Below are positions 1 through 7,675 of a stretch of DNA of 64,000 nucleotides, in pieces; the stretch's first letter is position 1; the number at the start of each line of letters is the position of its first letter. Under the pieces are notes generated by a model that was not told the DNA's origin, ran no database searches, and saw only the letters and a program-made list of their open reading frames with translations. Source of the stretch: a virus. Taxonomy: Duplodnaviria; Caudoviricetes. The stretch lies in the IMG/VR virus record IMGVR_UViG_3300032292_000722, positions 3,043-67,042 of that record. One strand, given 5' to 3'. A program made the translations under genes and the position numbers.

Positions 1-1
1 T

Positions 2-88
2 GAATTAATCCATGGCAAATTGAAAAAAACTTTTGACCAACAACGCGTGTTAGATGAGAGATTGTTTGATACTATTTATGCAGGTTAA
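2..88 (+). CDS. 3' end of a hypothetical protein truncated by the window edge
   Basis: Open frame ELIHGKLKKTFDQQRVLDERLFDTIYAG ending in TAA at 86-88, inside hammerhead stem I. Confidence 0.5.
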   Translation, partial: ELIHGKLKKTFDQQRVLDERLFDTIYAG

Positions 89-135
89 CTGATGATGGAA
101 TGAATTTCCGAAACCACCTTCGGGTGGTCTTAACC
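83..135 (+). ncRNA. Type I hammerhead ribozyme HHR1
   Basis: GGTTAA(83-88) CTGATGA(89-95) T GGAA-tgaat-TTCC GAAA(110-113) CCACC-ttcg-GGTGG TC(128-129) TTAACC(130-135). Full conserved core, three helices, UUCG tetraloop, GUC cleavage triplet. Confidence 0.9.
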
Positions 136-149
136 AAAAAATTATAAAC

Positions 150-383
150 ATGGAAACATTAACATTAACACCAATGGATTCTTATCGTGCTTGCTCAATC
201 ATTGAACAATTTTGTGAAGATGTGCCGACTCCTAGAGAAAAAGTAGAGGCATGGGCTTATCTTATCAAGACAGGTGATTGTTGGCGATTACAAGGCTTTT
301 ACGGGCGCTTTGCATCTCAATTAATAGAGAATGGCATTATCGCATCGGACGGCGAAATTTTGACTGATTTAGATAATTATTAA
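150..383 (+). CDS. Conserved phage hypothetical protein (AWAYLIKTG..W.LQG.YGR motif)
   Basis: 77-aa ORF with A-rich leader; motif resembles a small-protein family common in aquatic phages. Confidence 0.8.
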   Translation: METLTLTPMDSYRACSIIEQFCEDVPTPREKVEAWAYLIKTGDCWRLQGFYGRFASQLIENGIIASDGEILTDLDNY

Positions 384-401
384 ACTATTAAATTAAACGA
401 A

Positions 402-494
402 ATGAAAAATTACAACTTTGATAAACTTGCCGCGTTCCTTCAATTAACTGCCGTTATTGTATCCATTATTTATGTAATTGTAAAACTAAATTAA
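402..494 (+). CDS. 30-aa single-transmembrane microprotein
   Basis: MKNYNFDKLAAFLQLTAVIVSIIYVIVKLN; fills the gap between two ORFs, A-rich leader, stop abuts next ATG. Confidence 0.55.
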   Translation: MKNYNFDKLAAFLQLTAVIVSIIYVIVKLN

Positions 495-495
495 A

Positions 496-768
496 ATGAA
501 AAATAAAATCCTGCAATCAATTTACAATCTAGCTTATTATTTGGATGATAAACTAGATTACATTAAAACTTATGATTACGAAACTGCTCCTTATTGTGGT
601 CATCATTACAATGGTCATAAAGGTAAATTCACCGCATCCGGTTATCATGAAGGTGATGGTGAATGCTATTGTAAATTTTTATATTGGGTAATTACAAAAT
701 CTACCGAGGATAAAACTTGGTATATGCAAACAAAAAAAAGATTCAATAAATATTATAAACGATTTTAA
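496..768 (+). CDS. Hypothetical protein
   Basis: 90-aa ORF in tightly packed + strand array. Confidence 0.7.
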   Translation: MKNKILQSIYNLAYYLDDKLDYIKTYDYETAPYCGHHYNGHKGKFTASGYHEGDGECYCKFLYWVITKSTEDKTWYMQTKKRFNKYYKRF

Positions 769-778
769 ATTAAACAAA

Positions 779-1042
779 ATGAAAAACAAAATACCAACGA
801 AAGTATTAGAAGGATGGATAAGCAAACTTTTAGAAGAATTTGACGCAGATGAATTATTTAAGATGCTAGCAAACGAATGCGATAAAAAACAAACTGCATA
901 TCTGCATGACGCAATTAAAGACGAATTAAGGCTACATGATACATATGTGATACAATGTACCAACTTAAATGATAAGCTAAAATTCGAGGCATTTATGGAC
1001 GATTACAAACCATTTTATAACGAACAATCTTTAATATTTTAA
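779..1042 (+). CDS. Hypothetical protein
   Basis: 87-aa ORF, A-rich leader. Confidence 0.75.
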   Translation: MKNKIPTKVLEGWISKLLEEFDADELFKMLANECDKKQTAYLHDAIKDELRLHDTYVIQCTNLNDKLKFEAFMDDYKPFYNEQSLIF

Positions 1043-1053
1043 AATTAAAAATC

Positions 1054-1437
1054 ATGGAAAACAAATTCGTAGTTGATTATGATAACAAAGTATTGACTTT
1101 GCATTATCAAGACCATATCTTTATGTTTGATTTAAATGCCGGTGACACAGGTGATTTTTGGCATGGATTTGAACTTAAAAATGGAACTAAACTAGATGTT
1201 AACTTTCATCAAGAAAGTGCAAATGATGAACCCTATTGCGAGATATGGGGTATTGGATATTTGCTTACTTGGGGTAAAGATGATGTCAGAGAATATTGCA
1301 CCCAACAAATAGATAGTATTGATGAATGTGAGATTCTAGGTAATCCTATAAATTACTTTGGAGTGGAACCTATCAATATCCCATGGATGAATGCATTTGA
1401 ATTAGATAAACAATTTACAAACTTTAAAATTAGATAA
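1054..1437 (+). CDS. Hypothetical protein
   Basis: 127-aa acidic ORF, A-rich leader. Confidence 0.75.
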   Translation: MENKFVVDYDNKVLTLHYQDHIFMFDLNAGDTGDFWHGFELKNGTKLDVNFHQESANDEPYCEIWGIGYLLTWGKDDVREYCTQQIDSIDECEILGNPINYFGVEPINIPWMNAFELDKQFTNFKIR

Positions 1438-1438
1438 A

Positions 1439-1672
1439 ATGGAAAAATACATTGACGCAACACCGAAAGGAACTTTTTACATTAATGAATTAGCCTGCGA
1501 GCTTGCTGATTTATTTATACAGCACACCTATGAACATACTACCGAGGTGATTTGGGAAGATGATGGTGATGGTGGTAGCAGGTACACTGAATTCATACAG
1601 GAACAATTTGATGCCATGCATGACAAGATTGAATCTTACTTATTAAGAAATCAATTGACTAAGGTTAACTGA
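1439..1672 (+). CDS. Hypothetical protein; stop codon lies in the HHR2 core
   Basis: 77-aa ORF ending AAG GTT AAC TGA; TGA(1670-1672) is part of CTGACGA. Confidence 0.75.
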   Translation: MEKYIDATPKGTFYINELACELADLFIQHTYEHTTEVIWEDDGDGGSRYTEFIQEQFDAMHDKIESYLLRNQLTKVN

Positions 1673-1718
1673 CGATGGGTAAATCCTTGAAACGAGCTAG
1701 CAATGGCTCGTATTAACC
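1663..1718 (+). ncRNA. Type I hammerhead ribozyme HHR2
   Basis: GGTTAA(1663-68) CTGACGA(1669-75) T-GGG-taaa-TCC-TT GAAA(1689-92) CGAGCTA-gcaa-TGGCTCG TA(1711-12) TTAACC(1713-18). GNRA loop on stem III, GUA triplet, weak stem II. Confidence 0.75.
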
Positions 1719-1731
1719 AAAAATAAAGATT

Positions 1732-2262
1732 ATGAACATTGAACTTAAAAGTTTCAAGCACTATCAAAAGCTAAGTGATGAAACCTATTGCTTTACTGCT
1801 AATATCTATGTCAATGGTATTAAATGCGGAACCGCTGAGAATCGTGGGATTGGTGGCGAAACAGATTATTCTAGTGACAGAAGGATGGGTAGCGATGAAC
1901 TTATTAAACAAGCCGAACAATATTGTCTTGGCTTACCTAGTGAAACATTGGTAATGGGTGACCGAACGATTACCTTGAACATGAATCTATGTAACTACAT
2001 TGACAATTTTGTAGATGGATTGGTGAAAGCCAAGTACAAAGAAAAAGATGCTCAAAAACTGCGTAAAGAAATGCTTAGTGGCATTCTTATAGGCGATGAC
2101 GAGAAGTACGCTAAAATAGGCTTCAAAATCCCTTTAAGCGATGTTATGGCAAAGCATCCGGAATACTTTCAGAAAACTTTAAAAGAAATGCTAGTTAAAC
2201 ATGGCAAAAATGGGAGCCGATTATTAAATACCAACATACCAAAACATTTTTTACCTAGTTAG
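1732..2262 (+). CDS. Conserved phage hypothetical protein
   Basis: 176-aa ORF starting 19 nt after the predicted HHR2 cleavage site. Confidence 0.85.
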   Translation: MNIELKSFKHYQKLSDETYCFTANIYVNGIKCGTAENRGIGGETDYSSDRRMGSDELIKQAEQYCLGLPSETLVMGDRTITLNMNLCNYIDNFVDGLVKAKYKEKDAQKLRKEMLSGILIGDDEKYAKIGFKIPLSDVMAKHPEYFQKTLKEMLVKHGKNGSRLLNTNIPKHFLPS

Positions 2263-2302
2263 GTTAACGAGGGGTGCGCATTCGTAAAACGCACATTTTT
2301 TT
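2262..2302 (+). other. GGTTAAC-led H-type pseudoknot or terminator-like element
   Basis: ACGAG(2267-71)/TTCGT(2281-85) and GTGCG(2274-78)/CGCAC(2290-94) interleave as a pseudoknot; followed by T7(2296-2302). Confidence 0.45.
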
Positions 2303-2436
2303 AAAAATTATGACTTATCCCTAACAGTGGGGCAAAATTTATTTTTTAAAATTTAAAACAAAAAAGTTACCATATTATTTAATCTATTTTGCTCAATTTA
2401 AAACAAACTAAATTTATAATTATTAAATTATCTAAA

Positions 2437-2604
2437 ATGAAAACCATCAAAAAACTACAAAATCAAATCAAAGCTCTTAACAAAAAATTAGAACTAAACC
2501 AAGCTAAAAATGTCTACGCTGTAATGGGGAAGATTAAAAAATTAAAAGAACAATTGCAGGTAGAAATAGACAATCACAATTGGGAATCATATCTATCAGA
2601 GTAA
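2437..2604 (+). CDS. Coiled-coil hypothetical protein
   Basis: ATG at 2437 with A-rich leader preferred over the upstream TTG start in the ORF track. Confidence 0.65.
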   Translation: MKTIKKLQNQIKALNKKLELNQAKNVYAVMGKIKKLKEQLQVEIDNHNWESYLSE

Positions 2605-2623
2605 ATTAATTAAATTAATTTAT

Positions 2624-2654
2624 TTTGCTGTAACCATAATGATACATATATTTG
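2624..2654 (+). promoter_or_regulatory. Bacteroidota sigma70-type promoter
   Basis: TTTG(2624-27), 19-nt spacer, TATATTTG(2647-54). Confidence 0.75.
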
Positions 2655-2677
2655 TCCTCAAACTAAAAAAAATAACT

Positions 2678-2824
2678 ATGAAACTATTAATTAAAGAAAC
2701 CTTAATTTTTGTATTTGAAATGCTGAAATTCTTTTTCATTAGCGTCCCGCTTGCTTGTTGCGTGTATTTTACGGCGCACCTTTATTTTGAATTTAAAAGA
2801 TTATGCCATGGAAAAAACAGCTAA
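2678..2824 (+). CDS. Small membrane protein
   Basis: MKLLIKETLIFVFEMLKFFFISVPLACCVYFTAHLY..., hydrophobic stretch, downstream of promoter. Confidence 0.6.
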   Translation: MKLLIKETLIFVFEMLKFFFISVPLACCVYFTAHLYFEFKRLCHGKNS

Positions 2825-3044
2825 GAAACTACTATGCGAAACATTCTTTAAGATGTTTAAGAGCGAAGCTTTGCCTAACCTAGATATGGAAGATTTTATA
2901 GCCATGTGGCAAGCATTAGCCGATAAATGGGGAGTAATTAAATCCGATAAAGAATGGGATGAATTTGCAGAAGAGATTAACTGCGTAGCATCCAACAGAG
3001 AAAACTATTTTAACGAAATTTTTGATAAACATTTTAACAATTAA
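2808..3044 (+). CDS. Hypothetical protein
   Basis: Probable start MEKTAKK at 2808. Confidence 0.65.
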   Translation: MEKTAKKLLCETFFKMFKSEALPNLDMEDFIAMWQALADKWGVIKSDKEWDEFAEEINCVASNRENYFNEIFDKHFNN

Positions 3045-3047
3045 ATT

Positions 3048-3254
3048 ATGCAAAAAGAAACAACGACCCACTATTTGCACATGCAAGAAGATGGGCAGTA
3101 CATTACTTTACAACTACCTTTTACTATTATGCCTAATGTAGGAGATTACGTTAGCTTTATTGACGAGATTGGTGAAACACAATTTTTGATAGTAAGTAAA
3201 AGATTATTTAATCAAGCAACCAACAATTTAGTAATAACATTAAAAAACATATAA
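3048..3254 (+). CDS. Hypothetical protein
   Basis: 68-aa ORF in array. Confidence 0.7.
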   Translation: MQKETTTHYLHMQEDGQYITLQLPFTIMPNVGDYVSFIDEIGETQFLIVSKRLFNQATNNLVITLKNI

Positions 3255-3265
3255 AAAAAACAATT

Positions 3266-3469
3266 ATGGCAAAGTATCAATTAATGGAAAAAACAGAAAA
3301 CAATGGAGAAGTATGGTATTACATTCTAAAAGAAGATGGATTTTCAGTAAAAAATAGTTGGACAATGAAATTAGAAAATGCAGAAGAAATGTTTGAAGAA
3401 ATTAAAAAAGGTAAATCTACTGAACCTATTATTAAAACATTAAAAACAATAGAAGTAAATGAAGACTAA
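3266..3469 (+). CDS. Hypothetical protein
   Basis: 67-aa ORF in array. Confidence 0.7.
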   Translation: MAKYQLMEKTENNGEVWYYILKEDGFSVKNSWTMKLENAEEMFEEIKKGKSTEPIIKTLKTIEVNED

Positions 3470-3662
3470 ACAAATTAGTGTATCAGAATACGCATCTAAA
3501 ATTGACCCAAATCATTTTAGAGCAAATAGAAAAAATCCTAATGCACAATTATCACAGCAGGCAATTAAATATAGATTGAATCATAACATGCATTTGCCAG
3601 AAGTATTGAAATATAATAAAGTAGGCAAGGTGCATGTTTTAACCGTAGATGTAAACTTTTAA
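3459..3662 (+). CDS. Hypothetical protein, possibly HTH DNA-binding
   Basis: ISVSEYA...LSQQAIKYRL helix pattern. Confidence 0.55.
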   Translation: MKTKQISVSEYASKIDPNHFRANRKNPNAQLSQQAIKYRLNHNMHLPEVLKYNKVGKVHVLTVDVNF

Positions 3663-3672
3663 ATTAAACAAA

Positions 3673-3903
3673 ATGATAAACACTGAAGATGTTCTAGGCA
3701 AACCAATAGAAGTTGCTAACTTTACTACTTTTGCAGATTTCACCCCATTTGAAAGGCAGATGATAATGGCTGAACTATATCATAATGCATGGTATGACCA
3801 AGAAAGATTTGAGGAAATGTATGAACTTTATAATCAATGGGCTAATAACCCCGTTAAGGAATGTAAATTTATAATCCCCGAAAATAATGATGATGAAAAA
3901 TAA
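3673..3903 (+). CDS. Hypothetical protein
   Basis: 76-aa ORF in array. Confidence 0.7.
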   Translation: MINTEDVLGKPIEVANFTTFADFTPFERQMIMAELYHNAWYDQERFEEMYELYNQWANNPVKECKFIIPENNDDEK

Positions 3904-4069
3904 ATATGAGATAGGACAGAACTATATTCTTAACTTAGAAAATGAGCAGTTAAGAGAAAGAATAAAGGAATTAGTCGCTCAGTTTAATGAATTAAAAAAG
4001 AAATATGAATCCAAAGAAAGAATACCAATGGCACAGAGCAAAGGGGAAAATGCAGTTATTCAAGAATAA
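3887..4069 (+). CDS. Coiled-coil hypothetical protein
   Basis: 60-aa ORF, LENEQLRERIKEL heptads. Confidence 0.6.
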   Translation: MMMKNKYEIGQNYILNLENEQLRERIKELVAQFNELKKKYESKERIPMAQSKGENAVIQE

Positions 4070-4199
4070 AGTATCTATTAGAGAATATAATTATTATGAT
4101 GCGTATAATCGTAGAAGAATGTTACGGATATGGGATGCAGAAGTTAAGCCCAATGGTAAAGATGAATATTATTTAATTATTAAGCCTAATTTAGACTAA
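4050..4199 (+). CDS. Hypothetical protein
   Basis: Probable start MQLFKNK at 4050. Confidence 0.55.
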   Translation: MQLFKNKVSIREYNYYDAYNRRRMLRIWDAEVKPNGKDEYYLIIKPNLD

Positions 4200-4356
4200 T
4201 AATATCTATATCTCCTTCGGGAAGTAAATCCAATTCTTTTATCATTACAACTTCCATGTTCTTAAACTGATTGAGAACTTCAAGTAAAGACTCGGCATAG
4301 ACCAATTTAGTTAGGTTTATGCCGTTTTTTTTGAAATATACTCGGTATGCTCTCAT
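4186..4356 (-). CDS. 56-aa hypothetical protein
   Basis: MRAYRVYFKKNGINLTKLVYAESLLEVLNQF...; ATGA overlap with the upstream stop. Confidence 0.6.
   Translation of the reverse strand: MRAYRVYFKKNGINLTKLVYAESLLEVLNQFKNMEVVMIKELDLLPEGDIDIISLN
4293..4332 (+). terminator. Intrinsic terminator of the early array
   Basis: CGGCATAGACC/GGTTTATGCCG 11-bp stem followed by T8. Confidence 0.7.
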
Positions 4357-4628
4357 TTACTGCCGTCTTGAAGTGGTTCGTGGTCAGTAGATTGGTCAAT
4401 TCTTCTATATCCTTCTTTCCATAATATCTTAGTTAATGTAACAGACTTTCTTATAATCATTTCCTCTGAATCTTTTGGATTCAATATATGCAAAAGTTCA
4501 TGTATTAAAACTTCAAGGTGTTTCTTTGATTTTAGCCTACTATCAATTTCTATAATACCATCACTTGAGGCTATGCCGTAGGCTTGTTCCTTCCCTAGTT
4601 TTCGGTATATAATTTTGATGCGTGCCAC
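4353..4628 (-). CDS. HExxH metallopeptidase-like small protein
   Basis: EVLIHELLH motif; probable GTG start at 4628 next to the upstream stop. Confidence 0.65.
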   Translation of the reverse strand: MARIKIIYRKLGKEQAYGIASSDGIIEIDSRLKSKKHLEVLIHELLHILNPKDSEEMIIRKSVTLTKILWKEGYRRIDQSTDHEPLQDGSK

Positions 4629-4629
4629 A

Positions 4630-5637
4630 TTAAACAATTTTTCCTTTAAAGATACGCTTATTGTTGAATTCAAAGTCTTCGCCGTTGGTATCAAGTTCTA
4701 CTTCAGCAAAACCATGATTCCACTTATTTAGAGGCATATAGGCGGGGTGTAATTCACTTAGGCAACCCAATGACCATGTAGTTACCATTTTGCCCGTAAG
4801 GGTCGGTTCTGTATGCTCGGAGGTTTGATGATTATGCCCTTGGAAAGTGCTGACCTTTGCTTTAAGGAATAATCCTCTAGCTGGGTTTACGGGAGCTGAT
4901 ATACCACCTACATATTCGTGACCATGAATTCCCCAAAGGTTATTTAATTTCATTGGTCTTTTATCTCCTATGATTTCTATGCCTCTGGCTCTTGCCTTAA
5001 TGATATTTTCAAATTCAAACTCTTCTATGCCCACTAATTCACCGGCTTTCTCGTAAAGGAAATGTTCGTATCGTTCCTCGTGGTTTCCAATTTTGAAATA
5101 TATTTTGCACTTTAATTCCTTCTCAAAGATATCAAACAAGGCTTTGAATGTATCTAGTTCTAGCTTGAAGTTTCTTTTCTTGGGGTCTTTGATGAATCTG
5201 CTAAGTCTATGGCAGTCAATGGTATCTCCATTTAAAAGTAAAGCGTCAGGTTTACTTTTCTTGGCATAATGTAAAGCTGCCGTTATTGCATCTATGCTAT
5301 GGTATGGTACATGAATGTCCGAAAGGATTAAAACTTTCTTATGCCCTTTGAAGATGTATGGTTCAAATGCTGTTTCATCTGATTTAGGAAGATTGTAAGG
5401 ATTGTATGGTCTAGCTTCGGCTTTTATAAATTCACTATTTTGGATAGTTTTTTTTGACCTATGTATGTTTCCATTTTTACCTTCAATGTATCTTAAAGAA
5501 GACCTAGCCCGTTCTTCATTTATGAATGTTAGATTATTTTCTGCGTACATTATCCTAGCTAATTTCTTAGTAGGCATGTCGGGGTGTTTGGCTCGGTAGG
5601 TTTTTGCGATTAGGCTGTTCCCGTTGTTGGATGGCAT
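4630..5637 (-). CDS. Calcineurin-like metallophosphoesterase with N-terminal extension
   Basis: SDIHVP, LNGDTID, GNHE, HGHE, GHNH metal-binding motifs. Confidence 0.85.
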   Translation of the reverse strand: MPSNNGNSLIAKTYRAKHPDMPTKKLARIMYAENNLTFINEERARSSLRYIEGKNGNIHRSKKTIQNSEFIKAEARPYNPYNLPKSDETAFEPYIFKGHKKVLILSDIHVPYHSIDAITAALHYAKKSKPDALLLNGDTIDCHRLSRFIKDPKKRNFKLELDTFKALFDIFEKELKCKIYFKIGNHEERYEHFLYEKAGELVGIEEFEFENIIKARARGIEIIGDKRPMKLNNLWGIHGHEYVGGISAPVNPARGLFLKAKVSTFQGHNHQTSEHTEPTLTGKMVTTWSLGCLSELHPAYMPLNKWNHGFAEVELDTNGEDFEFNNKRIFKGKIV

Positions 5638-5642
5638 ATATT

Positions 5643-6113
5643 TTATTTGTATGGAGAATAGTGTGGTTTTCCATCAACTCTAGTCGCCTTTAAAATTTGT
5701 TTTCTTTGCTTACCGGTACTTTCATAAGAAACATGAACCCAATCTGGGTTTTCATTGGTACCAAATTCCCAAATTAATTGGTCAAATTCTAAATTATCCT
5801 TGATGTAATTAAATACCATTTTATTGGTAACCCCATTTGCACTACCATCCATATCAATATCAATAGCCTCACCTGTGCTATGCTGTGATGTGGGTGATGC
5901 CCCTTTCGTGCAAGCATTAAGTTCTTTAGACCTATATCCCGAACTGATGTGAATAGGACAACGAAAATTGTTTCTTATTTTTTCAAATACATTTTCTGCT
6001 AACAATTTAAAGTTAGCTATATGTTCCTCTGTTGGCATGTTTGATATGCCTTGACGCTTGGCAGTTTCGCTACGAATTACTTCTGCTAAGTCTAAGTGTT
6101 CTGAAAGTTTCAT
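5643..6113 (-). CDS. Endolysin, peptidase M15 family
   Basis: SSGYRS..LN, SQH..GEAIDID, WVHVS motifs. Confidence 0.85.
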   Translation of the reverse strand: MKLSEHLDLAEVIRSETAKRQGISNMPTEEHIANFKLLAENVFEKIRNNFRCPIHISSGYRSKELNACTKGASPTSQHSTGEAIDIDMDGSANGVTNKMVFNYIKDNLEFDQLIWEFGTNENPDWVHVSYESTGKQRKQILKATRVDGKPHYSPYK

Positions 6114-6114
6114 A

Positions 6115-6216
6115 TTATCTTATTTGGATGTAAAAAAAACATATTAAAACTGCCCATAAAAATGTAGCAAAAATAAATAATTTTTCTTCGTAATCTTTTT
6201 GTTTATTATGCTTCAT
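6115..6216 (-). CDS. 33-aa signal-anchor microprotein in the lysis cassette
   Basis: MKHNKQKDYEEKLFIFATFLWAVLICFFYIQIR; stop abuts the endolysin ATG. Confidence 0.5.
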   Translation of the reverse strand: MKHNKQKDYEEKLFIFATFLWAVLICFFYIQIR

Positions 6217-6424
6217 TTTTTTTCCATATTTTTTCAGCTGCGGTTAAGCCTAGACAAGCTGCTGCTAATCCAGCAATAGCATAAACAAGAGCTTCAGAAG
6301 GAGCTTTGTTTAATTCGCTAAAAGAATTATGATATGTTGTAACGCATAAAGTTATAGTGCAAATAAAACCACACAATCTCTTCATGCTTAATCTATTATT
6401 ATCTTCAGTAAAAAATTGTTTCAT
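6206..6424 (-). CDS. Holin-like two-TM protein
   Basis: Two hydrophobic helices, basic C-terminus, upstream of endolysin. Confidence 0.6.
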   Translation of the reverse strand: MKQFFTEDNNRLSMKRLCGFICTITLCVTTYHNSFSELNKAPSEALVYAIAGLAAACLGLTAAEKIWKKNEA

Positions 6425-6801
6425 TTTAATTTATTTTTATATTCTAATACTGCTAATCTTTGCTTAATTTCTGCCCTTTCTGTTGCTGCTGCTTCTTTTA
6501 TATTAGTCATTCTTTCAACTATTTCCATTTTCATATCTGCTCTACTTTGTGCCGCCGCCGCTCTGATTGCTTCCATTTCAATCGTTGTACCCTGTGGCGG
6601 GATAGCTTTATTTTCAGCAGTTACTACAACCGCAACTTTATTATTTAAAATAGTTATTTGATTATTTAAAGTGCTTACTTGGGTAAGTAACCAACCAATA
6701 GCCGAAACACAAATAGGCAATAAGACAAAGACTAGCTTTTCAACTAACCCACCCTTGCTTTGGTTTGCAGCTAATTGATTTGATATTTCCTCTTGTGTCA
6801 T
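6421..6801 (-). CDS. Membrane-anchored coiled-coil protein (lysis region)
   Basis: One TM segment (LVFVLLPICVSAIGWLL) followed by a coiled coil. Confidence 0.65.
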   Translation of the reverse strand: MTQEEISNQLAANQSKGGLVEKLVFVLLPICVSAIGWLLTQVSTLNNQITILNNKVAVVVTAENKAIPPQGTTIEMEAIRAAAAQSRADMKMEIVERMTNIKEAAATERAEIKQRLAVLEYKNKLK

Positions 6802-6908
6802 TATTTTTTAGGTGTTTTTGGTTTTACAGATTTAGCTTTTGGCTTTACTTCTGCTACTACTTCTTTTTTCTTAAAAAAACTTATGATTTTATTTATTAAC
6901 TTTTTCAT
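6801..6908 (-). CDS. 35-aa Lys-rich microprotein
   Basis: MKKLINKIISFFKKKEVVAEVKPKAKSVKPKTPKK; TAATG coupling to the next gene. Confidence 0.55.
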   Translation of the reverse strand: MKKLINKIISFFKKKEVVAEVKPKAKSVKPKTPKK

Positions 6909-7460
6909 TTAAAATAATTTTTTATATAAGCCTAAGCTTATTTGATTTGTGGTAAAATTGAGGATGTAAACCTCATTCTGTTTCTTGTAATTTAAACCAA
7001 CTCCTGCCCCTATCTTATTATCAAAACGTCTAATATCACCTATTAGCCCTATAAAAAGCTCATTCTTAGGCTTGTGGTAGATGTCCTTAGTAATTGTGAT
7101 GGTTTTTTCGGAAAGATTGGCTACATATGACCTTCCTATGATTCTATTTTGTGTAATAGTATCTTGAATATATACGCTGTTATCTGCATTTATCTGTAAA
7201 GTATCTGAATAAGCCTTGATTGTATTGTAGTCATTGACAATGTAAGTAGTGTCATGTACTTCATCAATTTGGTAGAGAGTATCTAAAACGACAAAAGGGA
7301 TGTCATTCCCTTTCTTGTATTTTTTTATTGTATCGTGCTTTATTATTGTGTCTATCTTGGTGATAACTTTAGTGCCACCTCCTCCATTATTAGGGGCTAA
7401 AACAAAAAATAGCACCACAACGATAAGCGCTAAGATTAATATGTTTTTAATTGTTGCCAC
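6909..7460 (-). CDS. Spanin-like membrane-anchored protein
   Basis: N-terminal TM, DT-rich periplasmic region, aromatic beta-strand C-terminus, lysis context. Confidence 0.5.
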   Translation of the reverse strand: MATIKNILILALIVVVLFFVLAPNNGGGGTKVITKIDTIIKHDTIKKYKKGNDIPFVVLDTLYQIDEVHDTTYIVNDYNTIKAYSDTLQINADNSVYIQDTITQNRIIGRSYVANLSEKTITITKDIYHKPKNELFIGLIGDIRRFDNKIGAGVGLNYKKQNEVYILNFTTNQISLGLYKKLF

Positions 7461-7632
7461 GTTTTTTTATCTCCTTAAACTTAAAATAATAATACCTTAT
7501 TGCAAACGAACCAGAACAAATACCAATTAAACTAGCAACTAAGCTAATATATGGCTGAATTGTAGTCATAGATACAGCAGCACTTAATAAACTTACAGAT
7601 GCAGATACGTCAGCCAATGTGTTATTTCCCAT
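7447..7632 (-). CDS. Holin-like small membrane protein
   Basis: 61 aa, two hydrophobic segments, basic tail. Confidence 0.55.
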   Translation of the reverse strand: MGNNTLADVSASVSLLSAAVSMTTIQPYISLVASLIGICSGSFAIRYYYFKFKEIKKRGNN

Positions 7633-7645
7633 GTCAAATTTTTAC

Positions 7646-7653
7646 CAAATATA
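7646..7653 (-). promoter_or_regulatory. -7 box TATATTTG
   Basis: CAAATATA on + strand upstream of the lysis genes. Confidence 0.55.
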
Positions 7654-7675
7654 GCCAATAATTAAATAAATTTAC

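Noticed and set aside
2260-2304. UAG plus downstream pseudoknot as a MuLV-like readthrough signal
   Set aside because: Readthrough would add only 13 codons before TAA, and the spacer is 4 nt rather than 8
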